Assembly (NCBI GenBank): GCA_963816185.1 | Contig: CAWFJJ010000024.1 | Span: forward strand, 1 to 64,000 | Direction of reading: 5' to 3' | Origin: Thermoanaerobaculia bacterium | Lineage (GTDB): Bacteria; Acidobacteriota; Thermoanaerobaculia; UBA5066 | Length of the DNA: 64,000 nt | Shown: positions 1 to 11,047 of the stretch, piece after piece | Layout of the letters: the number at the start of each line of letters is the position of its first letter | Numbering within the stretch: the first letter of the stretch is position 1 | Position numbers and translations under genes: made by a program | The notes under the pieces: generated by a model | What the model saw: the letters and a program-made list of their open reading frames with translations, nothing else | What the model was told of the DNA's origin: nothing | Database searches by the model: none

Positions 1-33
1 GCATTCACGGCGAGCGTGAGCAGAATGCAGAGG

Positions 34-885
34 CTACTTTTTGTCGGCCGGAAATGCCGCATCTGCTGCCGATACGATCAGGCGCTCCAGCGCGTAGTTC
101 GGATACTTTTTGGTTAGTTTGGACCGGAACTCCGCCGCGGTCTTGGAAGACTCGAGCATCTGGTCGTAGTCGTGAATGTACGTCTTCATGAACCCGATGG
201 TGGAGGCGTCATTTCTCGCGCCCGCTCTCTCGTGCCCGGGGATCACCGTGATGGGTTTCAGGGCGGCGATCTGATCCAGGGTCTTGAGCCAATCCTGGGG
301 CATCTTGGGTGGAGTGAAATACGCTCCGCTGAACACGATGTCGCCGGCGATCACGGCGCGCAAAGACGGGATCCATATGTAGGAATTATTCGGACCGTCG
401 CCGGTGACGCCTCCGACGACTTGGAGCGCCTCGCCTTCGAGGTTGATCGCGTTCCCCTGAAGCTCGTCCGGCAGGATCGGGCCGGTGGTAGGAAGATCGA
501 AGCCGAATTCGGGCTTCCAGTATTTGAGACGCCCTTCCCAGCCATTGCGAATGGCGGCGATGGTCGCGGGAAGCGCCACGAATTTGGCATTGGGGAAAGC
601 CTGCTTCAGGACCGCGATGCCGAAATAGTGATCGGGGTGGCCGTGCGTGATGTAAACCGTGGTGAGGTTCTTCTTGCTTTCGAGAATCATGGCGGCCACG
701 CGATGCGCCTCGCTCAGGACGAATTGCGTGTCGACCAGGACCGCGTCGCGGTTGCCGTAGACCAGCGTGGAATTGACGGAGAATCCGTCGGGGCTGGAGG
801 TGAAGACCCTGAGATGGAGTTTCGATTGCGCGGGTAGCGCGGATGCGGCGGCTAACAACGTGAGGAGGAGGGTCCCGATCTTCAC
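34..885 (-). CDS. MBL-fold metallo-hydrolase, secreted
   Basis: THGHPDHY (HxHxDH) motif, AGD and PGH metal ligands, N-terminal signal peptide; intact ORF. Confidence 0.9.
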   Translation of the reverse strand: MKIGTLLLTLLAAASALPAQSKLHLRVFTSSPDGFSVNSTLVYGNRDAVLVDTQFVLSEAHRVAAMILESKKNLTTVYITHGHPDHYFGIAVLKQAFPNAKFVALPATIAAIRNGWEGRLKYWKPEFGFDLPTTGPILPDELQGNAINLEGEALQVVGGVTGDGPNNSYIWIPSLRAVIAGDIVFSGAYFTPPKMPQDWLKTLDQIAALKPITVIPGHERAGARNDASTIGFMKTYIHDYDQMLESSKTAAEFRSKLTKKYPNYALERLIVSAADAAFPADKK

Positions 886-889
886 GTTC

Positions 890-1279
890 TTAGTCTACGC
901 GACGGCTTGTCTCAGTGCGTGCTGAGGTTAGTGGTGGAGCGACCTTGTTGGCGTACCCGAACCTGGAGCCATTGCGGGCGGGGTATGCGGTGACCACTAC
1001 GCGATCGCCCGCCCTGATCGTATCGATTTTCCAGCCGTTCAGCATCAGCAGATTCGGGCTGCCCAATTCGAATTCCCAGGCTGCGTCGGGCGTTCCTTTG
1101 TCCATGGCTTCAAGATACAGATGGACATGAGGATTGTCCCAGCTGATCTTGGTGACGGTGCCCTTGAGCATGATGGATTGCTTGGTATCGTACACCGCGG
1201 CTAAGGAATGATGCGCCAGAACGGGCGCAGCCGCCGCCACTAGACCGATCCCAACGATCAGCAGAAGTTTAACTCTCAT
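890..1279 (-). CDS. DUF6152-like secreted protein
   Basis: Signal peptide followed by AHHS..YD, W.NPH and WEFE motifs; GGAGG RBS upstream. Confidence 0.8.
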   Translation of the reverse strand: MRVKLLLIVGIGLVAAAAPVLAHHSLAAVYDTKQSIMLKGTVTKISWDNPHVHLYLEAMDKGTPDAAWEFELGSPNLLMLNGWKIDTIRAGDRVVVTAYPARNGSRFGYANKVAPPLTSARTETSRRVD

Positions 1280-1344
1280 CGTTTACCCTCCCGATGACTG
1301 TATCCTAGCTATACCTAAGCGGGCTGCGGCAGTCAAGGCGGTGT

Positions 1345-2720
1345 CTATCGCTTCTGATACCATCCCACGGTCTCTGTAGCATTCAGGCCATGATCGTCGT
1401 AGCGCACGTCCGTCGTGCCGGCCAGCCGCATGGAACCGGCAGGAACCTCGGGCAGCCGGTCATTGGTCAGCAGGAGACCCCCAGGCTTCAGCATGGCGCC
1501 AATGTTCTCGAGCGCCAGCATCTGATCGAGAGCGTCATAGTAAACAAAAATATTGGTGCCCACGATCAGATCGAAACGGTCTGCCGCAGCCAGATCGATG
1601 CGTTCGAGAACGATATTGAGATCCACGGGCTCACAGGCGAGCACCACGTCCGGACGGATTCGCACGGCTCGCGTTTCCAAGCCTTTCCCGCCGTTTAGAT
1701 GCTGAAAGATCTCCGGCGGCCGGATCGGCGTCGCCGGGGTTCCCACCCTGTCGCCCAGCGAACTCCAGTAGGAGATAAGCTCAGGCGGCCACGGGCGCGC
1801 GATATCGCGGGGCAACTGGAGGACATACCCGGTGTTCTTCCGGGCGCGTTCGCGGGCGCGCTGGATGTGATCGATCACTCTTGGACTGATGTCGAAAATC
1901 GACATGGATAGGGCGTTGTTTCTCGCGAGGCCGACCCGGATCAGCGAATCGTACAGCGCAAAAGGTTGCACGGTCTGCTGGGGATAATAGTCGTAGCCGG
2001 ATTCTTCGTTCTTGTCGATAAAGTCGAGGCCTGGCCCGATCACGGCCACGCGGGTCACCTGGCCTTCGCGCAGCACGCCGCGCATCCTCAGATCGCGCAA
2101 GGTTTGCTCGATCGAGAAATCGGGCAGAATGCTGGTATCGAGCGAAACCCCCCGATCGGAGAATAGAGACTGCCGGTCCAAAGGCGGATGCTGGCTTGGC
2201 TTCCGCGGCGCGCTCGGCGATAGTCCTCCTCTCCTGAAGCACTCGCTGGAGATTGCTGTAGAGGAATACGCCGGACTCGCCGGGGGCTCCCGGATCGATT
2301 CCGCTGCGTCGCAGAAGACCACTCAGAAAACTGAGACGCTCGTTGTCGCCCGGACTACGCAAAGCGGCAACCAGATCATCCACTCGGGCTCGCAAGGGTC
2401 CCGGACTTGGAAGCCTCGGTGATGTTCTCGACCCTGATCCGCGGCTGTTTGGTGAAGGAGGTCCCGAGGAGCAGAAGATTCACCATGGAGTCCAGATCGC
2501 CCTGCTGAAGACGCGCGCGAATGGCCTGGTCCTGCTTTTGGCTCCAGGCGGTCCACTTGGCGGCATCCGGGTTCCTAAGCTCGGCGGGCAGCAGGTCGCG
2601 CTGCGCGTCTAAAATGGGTTTTACGCTCGCATAAGAGGTAAAGGCGCGGGTCGCCGCGAGTACGGTCACTGCGGCGGCGAAGATGGCGGGAATGCAGGTA
2701 ATACGCACAACAGTTCCCAA
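1345..2720 (-). CDS. Class I SAM-dependent methyltransferase-like protein with signal peptide (split by frameshifts)
   Basis: VAVIGPGLD motif I, FDLIVGTNIFVYY and LKPGG motifs in ORF 1345..2322; N-terminal part in 2376..2720 and 1781..2395. Confidence 0.7.
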
Positions 2721-2756
2721 AAAAGAAAACCCGCCGGCCAGTAAAGGCGGCGGGCT
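2719..2756 (-). terminator. Rho-independent terminator after TonB-dependent receptor
   Basis: Minus strand CCCGCCGCC-loop-GGCCGGCGGG stem followed by TTTTCTTTTTT. Confidence 0.75.
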
Positions 2757-2776
2757 TCCCTCTAATTCAGCTTAGC

Positions 2777-5700
2777 TTAGAACGTGAACCGGGCGATCAC
2801 CGTACCCGTACGGCCGGTGAGAGGCGTAAACGGGGCGGTCGGGGTCGGAGCTTCGCCGGGTAACTGGTAGGCGTTGATCACTCCGAATCCGCCGGTTAAG
2901 ATGGTTCCGCCACCCGCGCCCCTGGTCGGTGCGATCTGCGGGTTGGCCGTAATCGGGTTCGGCAAAATGGTCCGGTTAAAGATATTGACGAACTCACCGC
3001 GGATGTAGAAGTCGTAACGCTCCTTGATGCGGAAGTGGCGGCCGAAATTCGCGTTCTCTCTCGGCTGGCGCGGTCCGCGGAAATCGCTGTACAGCGTACT
3101 TGCGGCCGGTCCGGTGGTGTTCGCAGGCACCTGCGCCCAAGCGGCCGGGTTCAGCACGACATTCGTTAAGGGACTGTAGCTGTGGATGTTGTTGATGTCT
3201 TGCAGATACAGAGGTGCGCCTGTTCGGACATCCTCGCTAGTCAGGAAGTTGGGATTGGTGCCGGTAGGCGGCGTGAGGAAGATGCCGCTTTGGTATATGG
3301 CGAAGAAGCCGACCTCCCAATCCTTGGTGACTGCGTTCACGTATTTGGGCAGCAACGAGTACTTCTGGATGGTGTAGGTGAAGTTGAACGTGAGAGCCTG
3401 CGGCGGGATCTGCTGCAGCTGCCACTGGCTAGCACCTGGGTTGAAGAAGTCCTGCGGGGTGGCGGGGGTGGCGAAGCCCTTGGCCCAAGTGTATGCGCCG
3501 CTGGCCTGGAAGCCGTGCGAGAAGCGCTTGGTTGCCTTAATTTGCAAAGAGTCGTACTTGGTGTCGCCGGTTGGCGATCCCGTGGGTTCAAGCGCCCCAA
3601 ATTGCGGATACCGGTACAGGGCGCTCTGCAGCGAGGTACCCGGGAAACCGGCATAGGGCAGAATGTTCCCCAGCCTGGCTACGACGGCGGCGCTGGAGGG
3701 AGGCGCAAGCAAAAGGTTGCGGTCTGCAAGGTTGTTAGTTCCCGCCGGACCGGTGCCCGGGTAGGGATACAAGCCATACTGCGCGTAGGCTGCCGGGGAC
3801 ATTTGGCTGTTGAAGCCGTAGGGGCCATTTAACCAGACGGCGCGATTGGCCACGTAGGACGCTTCCACGACGAAGTCCCTGGTGATTTCACGTTGGAGGC
3901 CAACGCTCCATTGGTTGATGCGCGGCGGCCGGTTCTGGTTCGCGTCGGGCATCAAGGGTACCGTTCCAGGGGCGCCGCCCACGGTACCAGCTACCGGATA
4001 GCGGTTCGGGTCGTTAATGGGCCAAGCGGTCGGCACGATCGCGCCCGGCGCCGAGATGTTTACAAATGAATTGATCCCGGCCAGAGGATAGGCGCCGTTG
4101 CTGGGGACAATCCCACCCGCGCTGGCCGCAATGAACTGGTAATTAACTCCCCAACCGGCGCGCAATACCGTCTTGGGGTCGATCTGATAGGCGAGGCCGA
4201 TACGCGGCCCGATTCCATAGGGATAAGTGGGCTGATAGAACTGGCAGCCGCAGGTGTTGGCGTAGATGGTCGCACCCGGGCGTCCGCCGGCATTGGCGTT
4301 CGCTAGAGTCGGGTCGAACTGTCCCTGCCGTCCGTATTGCTCATGATACGGAGTGGCATAATCCCACCGTATGCCGTAATCCAGGGTGAGCTTGCGGGTG
4401 ATCTTCCAGGTGTCTTGAAGGAACAGTCCCCACTGCTGGCTACCTTGACGGTAATTCAACTGGGCGGTCTGGTTGGTGGAACTAAGGGCGCCGGTGAAGG
4501 GTGCGGTGGTGCCGTAGTCACCCAGCAGAAAACTGGCGTAACCGAAGCCTTGGGTGAAACCGTTGAGACTGCCGGTAGGAACGAAGGGCATGGAGGTCGC
4601 GTTGAGACCGGTCGCCATCGTAACCGTGGAAAAGGCTCCGTTGTAGGCCTGCTCGAGATACATTTCGGCGCCAAGTTTGTAGGTGTGGTTGCCTCTGATC
4701 CAAGTCGCGTTGGCGTTGAAGGTGGGCTTTTCCTCGTGGTTGAGCGTTTGGATCGCTTCTCCCAGATTCTGCATGCCGCCCAGACCCGCGCATCCAGTCG
4801 CGCCAAATCCGGGAGGGGGCGTGCACATCCCCGTGATGCTGGGGAACTGGCGATGGATCAGGAAGCCGCTGAGACCGATCGACGCCGGGTCGAAATTCAG
4901 GACGGGCGCACGGTCGAAGAAGGTAGTGTGATAGTAGCCGATTCCCAGGTGCAGCAGGAGGGTCGGAGTCACGGTGCGGTCGTAGTTCAACCGGGTGGTG
5001 TAGGTGGGGATGAAGGTTCCCCGATACCCGCCGATGGCGAGCGGCAGACCGTCCGCGCCCCCCAGGGGAGAGGAGATCTGGCTCTCGGTGTTGATCCTGG
5101 ACCAATAGAAGGACAAATGGTCCTTGGAAGAGATATTGTGATCGAGCTTGATCGACGGGATGGCGGAGTAGCGGCCGCCTTGAACGCTGGCGCTGTAGTT
5201 GCCGACGAGATTGGCGTTTTGAGCCTGCGGCAGCAGCGCTTCGATCAATTGCGAGGACGGGTTGAACATGGTCTTGGGAACAACGTTGTCCACGAACGGC
5301 TGCGCGTATCCCAAGCCGCTCGGCCGTGACTGCACGCGTCGTCGGGTCGTAGATGGTATTCGCATACATCGGCCTGCCTAGCGCGTCCGTGGCAGGCAAC
5401 GCGCCGGTGGGAATGCCGTTGGCGGCGCACAGGCTGCAAGTCCCATTGGGTGAGATCGCGGAAAAATCGCCGTTCAGATAGGCGGCCGTGGGTACGGTGT
5501 CCGTGAAGCCGTACTGATTGCTCTCGAGGTACTCCTCATAGTTGAAGAAGAAGAAGGTCTTGTCGTGCCCGTTATAGATTTTGGGAATGACGACAGGCCC
5601 GCCCAGGGTTCCGCCGAAATCATTGCGGCGGTTGCGCGGCCGGTACTTTCCAGGCTCGCCGTATGGGGGTGGAGCTGAAAGGATTGCCGGCGTTCAGGTC

Positions 5701-6511
5701 TTCATTGACGAAGTAGTCGTAGCCGCTGCCGTGATATTGGTTGGTGCCGGACTTCATGGTCATGTTGATGACCGCGACGCCCGCTTGGCCGAACTCCGCG
5801 GCGTAGTTGCTGGTCTGGAACGCAATTTCCTGAATCGAGTCCACGCTAGGCTGGGCCATCTGGGTGTAATCGTAAGTTCCGAAGAGCCGCGAGGTCGCGT
5901 CCTGGCCTTCCACGCGCATCGTCTCGGTCAGAGCCGGAATAAACGAGGATCCGCCGCCCAGACCGTTGAGAGTGAATAGTCCGCTGCTGTTATAAGAGCT
6001 AACGCCCGGAAGCGACTGCAGCGCGTTGTAAGGATTACGCACGCCGGTGGTGCCGGAGTTGGCGGTCCCGATTCCCAGGAGCGGGAGATCCGTCAATGTG
6101 CTCATGGTGACGTTGTGGGTCATGTCGCCGGATTCGGTCTTCAGCAGGGAAGCCTCAGCGGTGACGGTAACCGACTCTGACTGCGAGCCGACCTCGAGCG
6201 GAATGTCGATGCGCATGATCTGCGCCGCCGCCAGATCCAGGCCCGACCGCTTGTAGGACTTGAAGCCCGTCACGGTGGCCGACAGATCGTAAGCTTCCGA
6301 CTGGAAGCTGGACTATGGTGTAGTTTCCTGTAGCGGTGGATACGGTCTTGTAGACTTGGCCGGTCCCCGTATTTTTGACCTCGATCGAAGCGTTGCCTAC
6401 TACTGCACCGCTAGGATCGGCCACTGTTCCAGTTATCGTGCCCAGAGCGCCCTGTGCAAACATGGCGGACGTGGACAATAGAAGACAGGCTACATAGCCT
6501 AAAAATTTCAT
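2777..6511 (-). CDS. TonB-dependent receptor, Oar-like, with N-terminal carboxypeptidase-regulatory-like domain (frameshifted)
   Basis: Signal peptide, GTITGTVADPSGAVV, PSVDSIQE..YAAEFG..GTNQYHGS, QDTWK..LTLDYGIRWD and C-terminal RFTF; pieces 6155..6583, 5620..6273 and 2777..5365. Confidence 0.9.
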
Positions 6512-6559
6512 GCGGACCCCCTCAAAAAAGAAACGCCCCTTGAAGCTAATCGGACAACA

Positions 6560-6618
6560 GGGGTAGTGTACCCCAATTCTCAAGCTCGCACAACCCTCCC
6601 GTTTGGGGTGTGTACCCC
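6560..6618. promoter_or_regulatory. Two copies of a palindromic operator-like motif upstream of the TonB receptor
   Basis: GGGGTA-GTG-TACCCC (6560-6574) and GGGGTGTGTACCCC (6605-6618). Confidence 0.45.
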
Positions 6619-6702
6619 GCTGAGAGAGTCGTGTTTAGGCTATCCCGTTTACTTCCAATGCTTTATGGCGAGTGATATTAAGGAGAGCGCGGACACGAAC
6701 TG

Positions 6703-6757
6703 ATTTACCCGGTTTCGGGGTGAGCTTCTGGACCTGCCAGTTCAGGATCTCGACGAC
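6703..6757 (-). pseudogene. Remnant copy of the 3' end of the NHL-repeat gene
   Basis: 48/55 nt identical to 9932-9986; translates VVEILNWQVQKLTPKPGK versus VAEILNWRVQKLTLKPGK. Confidence 0.75.
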
Positions 6758-6764
6758 ATGATCT

Positions 6765-6796
6765 TCGTGACGGTGCGGTCAAATCGTGACGGTGCG
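6765..6796. repeat. 13-bp direct repeat TCGTGACGGTGCG x2
   Basis: Exact copies at 6765-6777 and 6784-6796. Confidence 0.8.
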
Positions 6797-6890
6797 TTCC
6801 AGATGATGGATTGGCGGGTATGGGTGGGGTCCTAGCCCGCGTCGCGAACCAGGACCCGCATGGTTCCGAATACTTGCTGCTGAATAACTC

Positions 6891-8069
6891 CTAATCGGCC
6901 TGGCCGTATCCGAAGAGAGTCTGCGTCCCGTTGGATTGGCTGAATTCGAGCTCCGGTCGGTCTGACGTGCTACGCCCTTGCGTAAGGATGAAGTTGAGCG
7001 AGAGCGCGGGATTTGAGGTGGTCGACCCTGTGGCGGTGGTGGTTGTGTTGGTCGAGTTCATCAATCCGAGAGTCAGCGTGCCGGTGCAATCGTTATTGAC
7101 CGTGTAGGTTCCGACGAATTGCAAGAAACCGAGGGGCGACGGCGTCGCGGACGGGGCGGTTAGGCTCCCATTTCCATCGAACTGAACCCGGCCAAACAGG
7201 AAGTAAGGGGTCTCGGTTGGCGCAGCGATCCCGGTGCCCGTGCCTGTACCAGTGCCCGTTCCCGCGCCAGGTGTGGTCGTGGTTCCGGGACCCACCGGGG
7301 TGCCCGTGAATCCGGAGGTCGCCACTCTGGTTCCAGACGCTACGATCGCGTAGGGCCCGACCAGGTTGCTCGTGGTGCAAAAGGTAGCCAGCGGCCGAAC
7401 GAGCTTAATCAATATGTTTGATTGAAAAACTCCCGGTGTTGTGCTGGCGGTAGCGCTGGTGCCAGTGCCGGTTCCCGTCCCCGTTCCTGTAATCGTTCCG
7501 CTGGGAATCGAAATGTTCTGCAGCACACCGAGATCGATCTCAGCGCCATCACCGAGAACCACCCCTTGCAGATTCGCCTTGGTCGTGTTTGTTCCGAAGC
7601 CGTCGTTCAGCGTCACGGAGATCGTACAGTCGGAATTCAGCACGTAGCTCCCGACCACCGCCGAGGCAGTCGCGAATTGCGGTGTCGAACTGGCGCGGAT
7701 GTTTCCCGAGCCGTCGAAATAGAGTGTTCCCGCGCCCGAGAAGGGGATGGAATTAGTAGATCCGCCCACCAATTGGCCGACGCCGGTATTGGTAAAGGTA
7801 GGAAACGCCAGAGTGCCCATCTGGGTTCCGGTGCTGGTCCCCGTGCCGGTTCCGGTTCCTGTGCCGATCCCTGTACCCGTGCCTGTCCCGATCCCGGTTC
7901 CTGTACCGTTTGTGGCGATCAGGGCGCCAGGGATGCCGTTCCCGATCGCCGTGTAGGAGTAAAAACCATTGATCGTGGATGGGCAGGTTTGCGCCGAACC
8001 CACCGCGGCGCAAAGAACTACGCCTAGACTTAGAGAAATGCTCGCGCGCGAAAACGCCGTCTTTAACAT
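6891..8069 (-). CDS. Secreted two-domain beta-rich hypothetical protein with (Gly-Thr)n tracts
   Basis: Intact 392-aa ORF, GGAGG RBS, signal peptide, duplicated C..(I/L)xGxY...Y.(L/V)NxDCT modules, three GT tracts. Confidence 0.85.
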   Translation of the reverse strand: MLKTAFSRASISLSLGVVLCAAVGSAQTCPSTINGFYSYTAIGNGIPGALIATNGTGTGIGTGTGTGIGTGTGTGTGTSTGTQMGTLAFPTFTNTGVGQLVGGSTNSIPFSGAGTLYFDGSGNIRASSTPQFATASAVVGSYVLNSDCTISVTLNDGFGTNTTKANLQGVVLGDGAEIDLGVLQNISIPSGTITGTGTGTGTGTSATASTTPGVFQSNILIKLVRPLATFCTTSNLVGPYAIVASGTRVATSGFTGTPVGPGTTTTPGAGTGTGTGTGTGIAAPTETPYFLFGRVQFDGNGSLTAPSATPSPLGFLQFVGTYTVNNDCTGTLTLGLMNSTNTTTTATGSTTSNPALSLNFILTQGRSTSDRPELEFSQSNGTQTLFGYGQAD

Positions 8070-8297
8070 ATGCTGCTTTGGTCCTCCAGGTAAAAGTCAA
8101 ATGCACTTCTCGATTAGCATTTGGAGGACCATCTTCATTCTGGGCATGCCGCTAGGGAACACCCCGGAGAGAGCCGGTGACAAGCACGGCTTCCCTTCAT
8201 AGGCACTCGGCATGCACTTCTGCACGATGCAAATTCTTCGGCATGCCGTGCATCTTCGGCTAGGCCCGGGCCAACGCGACGCTCTATGAGCGATGTC

Positions 8298-9918
8298 TTA
8301 ATCCGGCACGTGGTTAATTTTCAACTGTACGGAGGAGGTTGAGCCTGGTTCAACCCGCACGGTGGCCGCATTGGGCATCAGGGCGCGCAGACGCGAAGGG
8401 TCCGCGATGGTGGGCGGATCGAACTTGTCCAGCGCGATCGCGTTGTACCCGCCTGGAGGAATCCCGGTCAGTTCGAAGGTCTTGCCGGAGGCTTGAACCG
8501 AGTAACCCACCCCCGTCAAATTCGGCGGGAACAAAACGATCGTGGCAGTATCCGCATCGTCAATGGTCCCGCGAACGGTACCAGCCGGCTTGAGGACAAT
8601 CTTTAGCGGCGGGGATGCGGGCGTCAGCTCGACGCTTTGCCCCGTGATGTCGGCGGATCCTTGCAATATCGAGTCAACGTAGTAGTTTCCAGTCTCGACG
8701 TCGGCCTGGATTCGACTGGTTCCCGGAAGCATCATCTCACCGAATCGCAATACGCCATCCGGGCCGATCGGGGCCCTCATCATGGCGGAGGCGGTATCCG
8801 ACATTACGGTCACAGACACAGAGACCCCGGGGGCGGGAGTAGAGCCATCGCTCACGACCACCGATACAGGGAGAGAGAGACTGACGGGTGTCACGAACTG
8901 TATCGTCAAGTTCGTCCGGGTCCTGGTGCTCCACTCGGAACGCGGCGCTGCCGAATCTGAGGAAATTTCGCTGCTGGATCTCGTCGCGAATCCAGTCGGA
9001 GGTGGCTTGAGCTGTCCACTCGCCCATCCGGACCGAAGGGAACTCGAACACCCCATCTGCCGCCGTGGTGACGGGCTGCTCGTCAGCTTGCCCTCCACCT
9101 GGACCATTCCTGAAGGAAAAGGTGAGCCCTTTGCCGGCGGACCCATTAATGGTGAGACCCGGTGTAGTTAGGAACCTTGGCATGGAGCTGGACTTTGGCT
9201 TTGGCGGCCGGTTTGCCATCGGGGTCCAGCACGATGCCTCGGACGCGGTGGACCTCGGCGGACTGCAATCGGATCTCATACCCGTCCAACTCCGCGCCTG
9301 GGTGAACCGCGATTGATTCCGCCTGGGACCGGTCGAGAGCGGACGGGTAGTAAGTGGGGACCACTTCCGTTCGGATTTCATCCTTCGCCGACACATGTTC
9401 CGCAACACGTTTTGTCAGGATGGGCCGTGCCAGCAGGGTGTATTGGCCGGGTGCGAGATTTTCGAAAACGAAGGAGCCGTCCGTACCGGTGTTGAGGCTG
9501 CTGCTGCGGACTAAGCTCCACCGCCGCTCGCGCCGGGTTTCCGTCCGTGCCGATGACGCGGCCGCGAAGAACGGCGGGCGGAATCAGCTCGAATCGGTAG
9601 CGAACCGGTTCGGCACTAGCAGCTGATGTGGCGCTTGGGTGGCTCCTTTAAGGGATCAAGTCGCGTCCGACTGGGGGTACTGTATCCGGTCTTCTGCACG
9701 GAAGAACTATAGTCGCCGTCAGTCAGTCCGGAGAGGTGAAACGTTCCCGCGTCGTCCGTGACGGCTTTGTAGCTGTTGGTGCCGCTGCTCCAGAACCACA
9801 CGGTAACGCCGCCGATGCCCGCGCCGGTGACTTTGTTGACCACCACGCCTTCGACGGTCGCAGTCTCCTGCGCGGCCGCTAAAGCGGCCAGAGCGGCGCA
9901 GAAGACTGCGAGTTTCAT
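8298..9918 (-). CDS. Carboxypeptidase-regulatory-like domain repeat protein, secreted (frameshifted)
   Basis: Signal peptide, ATVEGVVVN..TGAGI, PTYYPS and VRGIVLDPDGKP repeats, spread over ORFs 9616..9918, 9146..9394, 8737..9408 and 8298..9146. Confidence 0.8.
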
Positions 9919-9929
9919 GGAACGAGTAT

Positions 9930-11012
9930 TTATTTACCCGGCTTGAGGGTGAGTTTCTGGACGCGCCAGTTCAGGATCTCGGCGACGTACAGCTCGTTTT
10001 CCGAGGGGCACGCCATTTCGTGGATCCAGCCGAACTCCTTGGGCTGGCGGCCGGACCGGCCGAGCCATCCCAGCACCTTTCCGTCCAGCGACAGCTTGTA
10101 CACGCGGCCGGGGTAGGCGTCGGCGCTATAGAGATACTGCGTTCCAGGTCCGGGCGTGATGCAGATGGCCCAGGGCGCGCCGGCGCTCGCCACGTCCGCT
10201 TGGGTGCGGAGTGTTGCTGAACCAGGATTTGGCGTTGGGCGCGACCGGCACGTCGATGGTGATGATCTTCTTGAAATTGCCGTCGTGATCGTATACCTGG
10301 ATGCGGCGGTTGCCGCGGTCGGCGATATAGATGTTGCCTTGCGCGTCGGCGGCGATGCTGTGCGGCGTGTTGAACTCGCCCGGCGCCGGCATGGCGCGAT
10401 TCATCGGACCGGACCGCCCCAGGACTTGATCCAGTCGCCATTCTTATCGAGCTTGGCGACGCGCGAGTTGATGTAGCCGTCGCTGATGAAGATGTTGCCT
10501 TCCGGGTCCCAGGTGACGTCGGTGGGCTGGCGGAATCGGCCGTCCTGCGCGGGACGCGGCGGATTCGGATGCTCCAGGGGATTCGCGTTTTCGTCGGAGG
10601 CTTCGGACTTGCGGCCGAACACCATCATGACGCGTCCCTGCGGATTGAACTTGACGATCATGTCCGAGCCTTTGTCGACGGCCCAGAGATTATCCTGGCG
10701 GTCGACCCGCACGGTGTGCGCGAAGGACCAGGCGTAGAGGTTCTTGCCGATTTCGCGCAGGAACTTGCCGTTCTTATCGAACAGCAGGACCTGCGACGCG
10801 GTGGCTCCATAGGCGGGGCCGGTGGTGTTGCCGCGCGAGAAGACGTAAACCTGGCCCTGGGAGTTCACCGCGACGCCGGCGGTTTCGCCGAAATGCAGAT
10901 CGTCGGGCAGTTTGAAGAAATCCGGGTTCGAGTCAAACGGGATTTCGGGAACGCTCTGGCCGAATGCGAGCGCCCCGGCCGCGCAGAACAGGGCGAGGGT
11001 GGCAGTTTTCAT
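9930..11012 (-). CDS. NHL-repeat beta-propeller, peptidyl-alpha-hydroxyglycine alpha-amidating lyase-like (frameshifted)
   Basis: FAHTVRVD, FRQPTDVTWD..IFISDGYINSRV and FNTPHSIAAD..IYIADRGNRRIQV NHL repeats; signal peptide. Confidence 0.85.
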
Positions 11013-11047
11013 GAAGCAAATTGTAGCGCGTTATAGTGGGGAATAGA

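Noticed and set aside
7820-7910. CRISPR array or VNTR in the GT-repeat regions
   Set aside because: Degenerate 6-bp coding repeats without spacers; no CRISPR-like repeat-spacer pattern or cas gene seen anywhere in the window.
8100-8290. Sigma54 promoter among GGCATG/TGCA motifs
   Set aside because: GG-N10-GC spacing was not satisfied at the candidates I checked.
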